Below are positions 57,055 through 64,000 of a DNA stretch of 64,000 nt, in pieces. Position 1 is the stretch's first letter. The number at the start of each line of letters is the position of its first letter. A program made the translations under genes and the position numbers. The stretch spans positions 128,001 through 192,000 of the forward strand of contig JBFMAF010000049.1 in NCBI GenBank assembly GCA_040755995.1. Direction: 5' to 3'. The notes below the pieces were generated by a model. The model ran no database searches, was not told where the DNA came from, and worked only from the letters and a program-made list of their open reading frames with translations. The DNA comes from Acidobacteriota bacterium (lineage in GTDB: Bacteria > Acidobacteriota > CAIWXX01).

Positions 57055-58611
57055 TCAGCGGATCGTGAAGTTGCCGTCGCTGGTGTCGCTCACCGAGGCC
57101 TCCCCCACCTTGCTGATACGGACTCGAGCACGCGTGGTCTTCTTCGCCGATACTTTCCAGCTGTGCGAGCCGTCATTGGGGGTGCTCGACGCGATGGTCT
57201 TCTTCCAGGTGGCGCCGCCGTCTGTAGAGAGCTCGATCTTGACGTTCCCCTGGAAACCATTGGACGTCCACCGGAGGGGCCGCTGCTTGTTGAGTCGCCA
57301 GGTTTCGCCGCCGTTAGGCTTGATGACCCGCAGCCAATCGGTCCCGGGCAGCGCTGAGAAGACCGCGGTCACTGCCCTGTTGTAGTCCATCGTGAACAGA
57401 CAAGTAAGGTTTGATCCGTTACATGATCCATCCCAGTGACCGAGCTTCCAACCTGTGGCGGGGCCCGCGGTGAGTGTGACGGGTGTCGTCACGGGAAAGT
57501 CCTCCGAGCAATCGCCCGGGCAGTCGATGCCCTGTGGGTCGCTGGTGACCGACCCGTTGCCGGTGACCGTGACGTCCAGGCGCCTGTCTGTGCCACCACC
57601 ACCGGTGCGCGCCTGCCCTGAGTTTGGGTCGATCATGAGCGACGACACGTCGACGGCTTCGAAGTCGTGGCCGTGCACGTTGCGCAGTTCGTTTACGAGC
57701 ATGTCGTCGTTCCAGCGGCTGTCGGGCGCCCCTGAGATGTACCAGGCCGCGCCGTTGTCTGCGAGCATCATCCCGTACTTCTTGAGCCCCTGGAGAATGA
57801 CCTGGACCTGCGGCGAGAAACCCGAGATGTCGAAGCTCGCCTTCAGGCGGAATCGCTGACCCATCGGCGGGAGCGCCGGATCGGTCGATGACGAGGCGAA
57901 GTGGCGGGCCGGCCACACGTAGGTGCGGCGCGTCTGCGGCGCGGTGAAGCGCACAGCGTGACGTACCTCGCCTGCGGCGACCTCGTCGTATCGCACGAGC
58001 CCGGGAAAGATCGGGAGGCCCGCGGCGTCGGCTGATGTCCATCCGGCAGGCCGCAGCGCGTGGGAGCTCAGGTTGTACTTGGCGCCCGATTCCGCATTCC
58101 AGCTCCCGTCCCCCTGCGGAAACGCGCGGTAGAGCTCGTAGAGCATGCAGTTGTCCTGGTCTACCACCAGCACGTGGCGATCGCCGTCACTCCCCGGCCC
58201 GCCCTCGATCGGCGCGTCCGACGGAATGGGAAACGGCCCCGGATCGCTCTCATCGCCGTACGCCGTGTAGTGGATTGTCACTTTGGGCTGCGTGCCCGGC
58301 ACGAGCACAAACGGGATCCCAATCGGCGCGCCCTCCCAGACCGTGCCGAAATCGGGGTGGACTCCGGTGCTGTAGCCGATGGAATTGACGTAGGCGTTGG
58401 AATTCGGATCGACGGGCAGCGTGTCGATCGCGACGTTCCAGATGTTGTCCGCGGGAAAAACGTTGCAGCCGCCGATCGCGGGAGGTGCGCTCGGGATCGA
58501 GTCCGCCTGCTGCGAGCCAGTCGGTGCCAGCGCGATCGCAACGCAGGCGATGAATGCCGCGACCGTCATCGTCAAGTGCGGCCGGCTGTTCTCAAGGTCC
58601 CAGTTACCCAT
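57055..58611 (-). CDS. secreted modular protein: uncharacterised N-terminal domain + InlB B-repeat-like + PNGGE Ig-like domain
   Basis: Signal-like N-terminus; GNGSVTS.P.GIDCPGDC...VTLTA...WDGSC repeat unit; PNGGETW...LSTDGGATW...SDTSDGNFTI. Confidence 0.8.
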   Translation of the reverse strand: MGNWDLENSRPHLTMTVAAFIACVAIALAPTGSQQADSIPSAPPAIGGCNVFPADNIWNVAIDTLPVDPNSNAYVNSIGYSTGVHPDFGTVWEGAPIGIPFVLVPGTQPKVTIHYTAYGDESDPGPFPIPSDAPIEGGPGSDGDRHVLVVDQDNCMLYELYRAFPQGDGSWNAESGAKYNLSSHALRPAGWTSADAAGLPIFPGLVRYDEVAAGEVRHAVRFTAPQTRRTYVWPARHFASSSTDPALPPMGQRFRLKASFDISGFSPQVQVILQGLKKYGMMLADNGAAWYISGAPDSRWNDDMLVNELRNVHGHDFEAVDVSSLMIDPNSGQARTGGGGTDRRLDVTVTGNGSVTSDPQGIDCPGDCSEDFPVTTPVTLTAGPATGWKLGHWDGSCNGSNLTCLFTMDYNRAVTAVFSALPGTDWLRVIKPNGGETWRLNKQRPLRWTSNGFQGNVKIELSTDGGATWKKTIASSTPNDGSHSWKVSAKKTTRARVRISKVGEASVSDTSDGNFTIR

Positions 58612-58658
58612 GTTCCCCTCCCTCTGGAGCCGACTCCAAAGATTCCAATTCTGCCTTG

Positions 58659-58701
58659 ATTATAGTCACCCGCATACGCCCTCGATGTGACATCGGTCAC
58701 A
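58659..58701 (-). promoter_or_regulatory. TATAAT -10 element with a perfect CRP-type box centred at -41.5
   Basis: TGTGA-CATCGG-TCACA at 58686-58701; minus-strand TATAAT at 58664-58659. Confidence 0.6.
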
Positions 58702-58781
58702 GAGCCGCACAAGGAAGCGACACCCCCGCCGTCCTCGGTCTCATATGCTATGCTGGACATCGCCAGGAGTGGTGTGCAGGA

Positions 58782-59513
58782 ATGAAGCTCCCATATGAAT
58801 TCGACGCAAGCGACCGGATAGGCAGGAAGCGATTTTCGGTCATCCTGGTGCGTCCCGAAAACCAGGAGAACATAGGCCTCGTGGCGCGCGCCATGAGGAA
58901 CACAGGCTTCGAGGATTTGAGGCTGGTAGGGCTCGACCACCTCGAACAGGGAGCCTTCCGAACAGCGATCCATTCGAAGGAGATCCTGGAGCATGCGCGG
59001 TTCTATCCCAATCTCGGCGATGCCACGGCCAGCCTGAATCTGGTTGCGGCCTCGACGGCCCGGCGCCGGACCAACTTCTTCATCCTGACGCTCTCGGACG
59101 CCGTCGAGTCTGTGCTGCGGCACCCGACCACGGCGCAGGTCGGGCTGCTTTTCGGGAACGAGCGCACCGGGTTGACCTCCGAAGAGCTCGGCTCGGCGAA
59201 TATCGTCTTCCACATCCCACAGGCGACGCGGCAGCCTTCGTACAACCTGGCTTCGGCCGTATTGCTGACGCTGTTCTCCTTCTTCGGCCGCTCGTGCGAC
59301 AGCTGCGTCTCGGCAACGCATCCACTCCTGTCCAGGATCGAGCAGGATGAATGCATCCGCCTCCTTGTGAAGAAGCTCGAAGCGAAGCGATTCATCCACG
59401 GGACGAACAGGGCTCACGTGGTGGAGAGCGTCCAGGATCTATTCGGACGGATCGCTCTGACGGAGAGAGACCGAGGGCTCCTCCTGTCGTTGTTCGGCAA
59501 AGTCGTCGAGTGA
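58782..59513 (+). CDS. trmJ: TrmJ/LasT family SPOUT RNA methyltransferase
   Basis: ILVRPE..ENIGLVARAM, LFGNERTGL, SYNLASAV. Confidence 0.87.
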   Translation: MKLPYEFDASDRIGRKRFSVILVRPENQENIGLVARAMRNTGFEDLRLVGLDHLEQGAFRTAIHSKEILEHARFYPNLGDATASLNLVAASTARRRTNFFILTLSDAVESVLRHPTTAQVGLLFGNERTGLTSEELGSANIVFHIPQATRQPSYNLASAVLLTLFSFFGRSCDSCVSATHPLLSRIEQDECIRLLVKKLEAKRFIHGTNRAHVVESVQDLFGRIALTERDRGLLLSLFGKVVE

Positions 59514-59567
59514 TGCCAGATCTCCCGGGCCGTGACGATTCGATGCTGTTCTGCTAGACTCGCTTCG

Positions 59568-60518
59568 ATGAAGACCATACGGTCGCGAGTGGCGGAGGAC
59601 CGGTGCGCCGGCGCGCTGGTCGGCCTGGCTGTCGGAAACGTTTTGGGCCTGGGCTTCGAGGGAATCCGGCGTAGCGAGCTCCGGCAGATCTGGCCTGGCG
59701 GCAGCCTGTCGGCTCCGCTAAGAGAACTCGTGCAGCCGTGGGACGATGATCTTGCGATGGCGATGGAGCTCGCGTGGCACCTGGACGGCACAGGAGGCGA
59801 CGTGGAGCCGGCCGAGCTGCTCCAGCGCTACGTTCGCTGGTACGCGGAGAACGGGCGAGGCATCGGGAACCTGACGCGCGAGGTGCTCGAGCTTGCGGTG
59901 GAGGGCAGCCGGGTTTCGCCGGCGGAGCGCGTCTGGAGACGCCGGGGCGGCTCCGCCTCAGACTCCAGTGCGGGCAACGGGGCCGTCATGCGTGTGGCAC
60001 CCGTCGGCGTCAGGTTCCGGCAGGACCCCGAACGCGTGGTGGGGAATGCACTAGCCGACGCGGCACTCACCCACTACGATCCTTTGTGCCAGTGGACCTC
60101 GGCGGCGGCCGCCGTCCTCGTCGCGGACATGATCGAAGAACGCGTGACCCCACTGGATCTGTTTCTCCCGGCCCAAGGCTGCCCGGACCCGACCTTGAAG
60201 CTCATTCTGGAGGAACCGCCGCTGGACATCGAGGGCGGGAACTTCGACGGCCACGACATGGGCTACACCCTGCACGCGTGGAAAGTCGCGTTGTGGGCGT
60301 CTCACGCGCCGGGCGACTACCAGAAGCTCCTCCAACGGGTGATCCGCTGCGGAGGCGATACCGACACGAACGGGGCGGTCGCCGGCGCGGTGCTGGGCGC
60401 GCGCTTCGGGCTCGGCTCGATTCCAGCGAAGTGGACCCAGGCAGTCCGTGACCTCAAACTCATCCACGACGTGGCCTTGAAGCTCCACCGTCTCGGCCTC
60501 CCCAGGGCGGGGGAGTAG
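59568..60518 (+). CDS. ADP-ribosylglycohydrolase (DraG/ARH family)
   Basis: GLAVGNVLG, WDDDLAMA, AGNGAVMR, THY, GGDTDTNGAVAGA..GA. Confidence 0.9.
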   Translation: MKTIRSRVAEDRCAGALVGLAVGNVLGLGFEGIRRSELRQIWPGGSLSAPLRELVQPWDDDLAMAMELAWHLDGTGGDVEPAELLQRYVRWYAENGRGIGNLTREVLELAVEGSRVSPAERVWRRRGGSASDSSAGNGAVMRVAPVGVRFRQDPERVVGNALADAALTHYDPLCQWTSAAAAVLVADMIEERVTPLDLFLPAQGCPDPTLKLILEEPPLDIEGGNFDGHDMGYTLHAWKVALWASHAPGDYQKLLQRVIRCGGDTDTNGAVAGAVLGARFGLGSIPAKWTQAVRDLKLIHDVALKLHRLGLPRAGE

Positions 60519-60557
60519 AGAGTGGAGAGTGGAGAGTGGAGAGTAGAGAGTGGGAGA
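60514..60557. repeat. heptamer tandem array (GAGAGTR)n
   Basis: gagtagagagtggagagtggagagtggagagtagagagtgggagag; reverse complement of the ACTCTCC array in elements A and C. Confidence 0.85.
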
Positions 60558-60583
60558 GACCGATCTGGTCTCCGACTGTCCGT

Positions 60584-62524
60584 CTAAGGATGGATGTTCG
60601 CGAGGGCTACGGCGTTCTCGGGATCCAGTTCTAGTGCCATGCGGAACGCACGATCCGCTTCCGGTTCCTGGCCGGTCGTCCGCCCGTAGAGCCCGAGGTT
60701 CGCGACTGCTGCAGCCGCAGTCTGCCGGATGGCCACCTCGAGTCGATCGGTCGAGCCGGGTCGTGAAGCGATGAAAGCATCCAGATCGATGCGGTCGAGC
60801 CCGAGCGGCGGCCTCTCTGGCGTACGCTCGACGCGCAGCGCCAGCCCCTCGGGCCTCTTGTAGTAGCTCGCCGCCAGCTCGGGCTCGGACGCCAGTACTT
60901 CCGAGGTCACATACACGGGGCGTTTCTCGATGTTCTTTTCGATTATCGCATTGATGAGGCCGATGTAGCGCGCTTGAAGAACGTCCGCGTCGTACGTCTG
61001 GTTGCGTTCGAACTTCGCCAGCTCGGTCAGGTAGCTATCGATATCGGCGCGGCAAGGTGACAGGGCCTCCGGGTACCATCTCAACAGCAGCTGCGGATAC
61101 CATGTTCTGCGCAGCAGCTCCTTCTCCACAAGCACGATGTCCGGCCGCACCCCTTCGACCTGCTGCTTGTACCAGAACGCCGAGCAAAAGAAGTCCCATT
61201 GCGCGCTGATGATGACGGCATGTGGTCTGGTGCTGTCCAGCAGGACCCTTGTGTACTCGGGCACCAACCTGTCTGTGGCGTGGTTGTTGACCGGGAAGTT
61301 GAGCCAGAACGAGACGACGGGAACGAGCGCGAGGAGCGCCAGGGTTCTGGGAGAGCGCGCAGCCCACGCGGCCGTTCCGACGCCGACAATCAGCATCAGG
61401 CCGCATACGGCCAGCAGAAAGTAAGGCTCGATGTCGTCCACCGAGTAGTTCAGGGCGTACAGAAAGCAGCCGGCGACCAACAGCAGGCAGAACCAGAGGA
61501 GGTCCCGGCCCGCGCGATACAGGTAGTAGATCCCATAGAACAACGGGAAAAGCCCCACGATGCCGACCTGAGACGGTAGAAGTCCGATGAACAGGGCCAG
61601 GTGCTTCTCCCAAAGCCCCGGCTCCGAGAACATCCAGTTCGAGTATTGCCTGCCGAGGAGGTGATAGTAGAAGGGTTGAAGACCGCGATGGACCATCCCC
61701 CAGTCAAACAGAGGATTCATCGAGCTGCGGATGGGCAGGTAGAGATAGAGTCCGAGCGGGACGGCGAATACGAGCGACAGGCGCGCCAGCATGCGCAGTT
61801 TCTCTCCGTCGAATACCAGCGGCCCGCCAGGGCGCTTGAAGAAGGAGAAGGCGAGGGCAGGGGCCATGAGCACGGTAGTCATGTGATTGGCGAATCCAAG
61901 GCCGAGCGCGGCCGCCGCCGGCGCATAGGCTCGAAACGACTGTGCTTCGGGGCCGTGGGCGCGAGCGAAGAGCAACAGGGTCGACGCCAGCAGGACGAGC
62001 TGCAACGAATGGACCTCGAATGACGTGGCCTGCGCCCAGACGGTGCAGGCGAACGCATAAGCCAGTGCCGCGATGGTGTATGCCCACGGCGATGCCGGCG
62101 GAGGCGCGGAGATGGCGCCCGCAGCGCCACTATGCTTCTTCTTCTGGCCCCTGGCGCGGCGGGGAGCGGGGAGCTGGACGCGACGCGACTGGACGTACAG
62201 GAGCCGGACCAGGTAGTAGAACAGGACGGCCGAACCCGAGGTCAAGAACGCCGAGAGCAGGTTGAGCGCACGGATCGGCGGCCAGGGCCACGGCAGGCGC
62301 GTCCAGAGAAATCCCAGGAGCGTCAGCAGCGGATACCCGGTCGGATGAGCCACACCGAGAGTCGCGCATACTGCGCCGAGCTCGCCGCAGTCGGTGAATG
62401 TGACATCCGGAGCCGCCGTGGCCGCGTAGGCGGCGAAGGAGCAAAGGAAGACGAGAGTGGGGTGGAGGGCCGCGTGACCGGCACCGAATAGGCCACGGAG
62501 CCAACCGGGAATCCTCACCGACAT
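60584..62524 (-). CDS. DUF2723/TMEM260-like membrane glycosyltransferase with C-terminal TPR
   Basis: DCGEL...LGVAHPTGYPL, W.QA...EVH, ANH, YLPIRS; C-terminal ALELDPEN; start ATG 62524. Confidence 0.85.
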   Translation of the reverse strand: MSVRIPGWLRGLFGAGHAALHPTLVFLCSFAAYAATAAPDVTFTDCGELGAVCATLGVAHPTGYPLLTLLGFLWTRLPWPWPPIRALNLLSAFLTSGSAVLFYYLVRLLYVQSRRVQLPAPRRARGQKKKHSGAAGAISAPPPASPWAYTIAALAYAFACTVWAQATSFEVHSLQLVLLASTLLLFARAHGPEAQSFRAYAPAAAALGLGFANHMTTVLMAPALAFSFFKRPGGPLVFDGEKLRMLARLSLVFAVPLGLYLYLPIRSSMNPLFDWGMVHRGLQPFYYHLLGRQYSNWMFSEPGLWEKHLALFIGLLPSQVGIVGLFPLFYGIYYLYRAGRDLLWFCLLLVAGCFLYALNYSVDDIEPYFLLAVCGLMLIVGVGTAAWAARSPRTLALLALVPVVSFWLNFPVNNHATDRLVPEYTRVLLDSTRPHAVIISAQWDFFCSAFWYKQQVEGVRPDIVLVEKELLRRTWYPQLLLRWYPEALSPCRADIDSYLTELAKFERNQTYDADVLQARYIGLINAIIEKNIEKRPVYVTSEVLASEPELAASYYKRPEGLALRVERTPERPPLGLDRIDLDAFIASRPGSTDRLEVAIRQTAAAAVANLGLYGRTTGQEPEADRAFRMALELDPENAVALANIHP

Positions 62525-62967
62525 GCCGCACCGCCCAGCGCCATCGCGTAATACTACTACGAAAGCAGAACCATGCGGCTGACGATCGTTCGTCCACGCT
62601 TCACGTCGACGCCGGCGTTCACGAACACAAGGGAACTGAAGGATGCGGCTCACAAGGATTCGTTCACGTTCACGTCGACCACTACGTTTACGTCCACGAA
62701 TGCAACTGGAGTGCCGCCGGACTACGAGATCTCGGCGTCGGCGTCGCTGGACGCAGGGGCACATATCTGGTACAACTTCAACTTGGAAGAAGGTGCCGAA
62801 ACTCTGTGGCGACATGCGAACATGGGATCGGACCAGCCGGCCCGGCGTTGTCGACGGATGAGCCTGTTGTCGTCGCGTAGAGCAGGGATTGCCTTCTCGG
62901 AGCGCCGACCTTCTAGTTCTCGGCTCTTGCCGATCGCGCCGGGTCAGAAGGCCGAGGCGGAGGTGAG

Positions 62968-64000
62968 ATGAGAGAGATCAGACTTGCCATCATGTGGCAC
63001 ATGCACCAGCCACTTTACGTGGACAGCTCCGACCGCAACTACATGCTCCCGTGGGTCCGCCTGCACGGGCTGAAGGACTACTACGGGATGGTGGCGATAC
63101 TCCGCGAGTTCCCGAAGGTCAAGATGACCTTCAATCTTGTACCTTCGCTGCTCGAGCAGCTTCTCGAATACTGTGCCGGAACAGCCGAGGAGCGGTTTCA
63201 GTCTCTGTCGATGAAGTCGGCATCGGAATTGACCGACGAGGACAAGATTTACATCCTCAAGAACTTCTTCATGGCCAACCGGCAGACCATGATCTCCATA
63301 TACCCACGCTATGACGCGCTCTTGATGAAGCGCGGGTCCGGTGTCGAAGATCAGCAGCTCAGGCGTATCGCCCGGATATACTCGACCCAGGACTTCCTGG
63401 ATCTTCAGGTGCTGCAGAAGCTCGCCTGGGTGGACGAGGAGTACCGGCGGCGCGACGCTCGAGTAGTAGATCTGATCGCTCGTGGGAAGAACTACTCCGA
63501 GGCGGACAAGAAAGTGCTGGCGGAGGTCGAGCAGGAGATTCTGGCAAAGATCGTGCCGGAGCACCGCGACGCCGCTGCGAGAGGGCAGATCGAGATTTCC
63601 ACATCGCCATATTACCACCCCATCCTCCCGCTCCTCTGCGACAGCAACGTTGCGCGGCTGGCCAATCCGCGGGCCAAGCTGCTGAAAGAGCCGTTCCGCC
63701 ACCCCGAGGACGCGGCGACTCAGCTGCGAGAGGGGCGCCGGTTGTTCAAAGAGGTATTCGGGTGGGAGCCTGTCGGGCTGTGGCCGAGCGAGGGCTCGGT
63801 CTCGATGGAGGCTCTCCAGCTCGCGGCCGCAGAAGGATTCCGTTGGGTGGCGACCGATGAGGAGATCCTGGAGCAGAGCGTGGGCATACAACTGGGACGC
63901 ACATTCGACGGCGGCCTGGCCAGGCCGGACATGTTGTTCCGGCCGTACCGTCTTGGGCTGGGTGACAAGGACATTGGTGTCCTCTTCCGAGATCACGTGC
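62968..64000 (+). CDS. glycoside hydrolase family 57 (amylopullulanase-like), runs off the right edge (partial)
   Basis: Not in the ORF track. Manual translation MREIRLAIMWHMHQPLY..., PWVRLH, TFNLVPSLL, STSPYYHPILPLL, GLWPSEGSVS, WVATDE; SD GGAGGT. Confidence 0.92.
   Translation, partial: MREIRLAIMWHMHQPLYVDSSDRNYMLPWVRLHGLKDYYGMVAILREFPKVKMTFNLVPSLLEQLLEYCAGTAEERFQSLSMKSASELTDEDKIYILKNFFMANRQTMISIYPRYDALLMKRGSGVEDQQLRRIARIYSTQDFLDLQVLQKLAWVDEEYRRRDARVVDLIARGKNYSEADKKVLAEVEQEILAKIVPEHRDAAARGQIEISTSPYYHPILPLLCDSNVARLANPRAKLLKEPFRHPEDAATQLREGRRLFKEVFGWEPVGLWPSEGSVSMEALQLAAAEGFRWVATDEEILEQSVGIQLGRTFDGGLARPDMLFRPYRLGLGDKDIGVLFRDHV

Noticed and set aside
59568..60518. DraT/DraG nitrogenase switch or toxin-antitoxin pair
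   Set aside because: No ADP-ribosyltransferase, nif or toxin gene is adjacent.
62573..62971. 132-aa ORF with FTFTSTTTFTST, and similar low-complexity ORFs at 14653-15049, 30369-30677 and 36324-36638
   Set aside because: These are translations of intergenic hexamer/heptamer/octamer repeats rather than credible proteins.
1..64000. tRNA/rRNA genes, IS elements, integrases, prophage, reverse transcriptase/DGR
   Set aside because: None recognised by eye; a tRNAscan/Infernal/ISfinder run would be needed to exclude them formally.

Overview
GC-rich bacterial chromosomal segment from a diderm, LPS-producing organism. The gene set (Fis-like HTH, Trm112-GT9-O-antigen ligase, lptB) is loosely consistent with Acidobacteriota, but this is inference only. 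About 56 CDS are supported; no rRNA, tRNA, CRISPR array or transposase was recognised. Left to right: a partial PAS/GAF histidine kinase, lipid-metabolism genes, an FHA-GGDEF cyclase, an lsrF-like/Zn-dehydrogenase operon, grpE-dnaK-dnaJ, a stand-alone lptB, an 11.6-kb nitrous-oxide respiration operon, purC-cvpA-fis-like, a CCA-adding enzyme, an ECF sigma/anti-sigma pair, tdh, LPS genes, hemY-hemA-hemC-hemD, a Wsp/ACF-type chemosensory operon, trmJ, an ADP-ribosylglycohydrolase, a DUF2723-like GT-C protein and a partial GH57. The most notable system is the clade II nos operon (19940-31506). A cytoplasmic GltD/NfnB/DsrL-like NAD(P)H:flavin-FeS protein, a Tat Rieske protein, an atypical cytochrome b (APWY instead of PEWY) and a pentaheme cytochrome c directly precede lipoprotein-type nosZ-nosB-nosD-nosF-nosL-nosY, behind tandem sigma70 and sigma54 promoter motifs. 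This is a candidate dedicated, possibly electron-bifurcating, NAD(H)/quinol-to-N2O module. Non-coding DNA carries several dispersed, modular repeat families (one hairpin element flanks lptB on both sides) and CRP-type TGTGA-N6-TCACA boxes at or near canonical activator positions.
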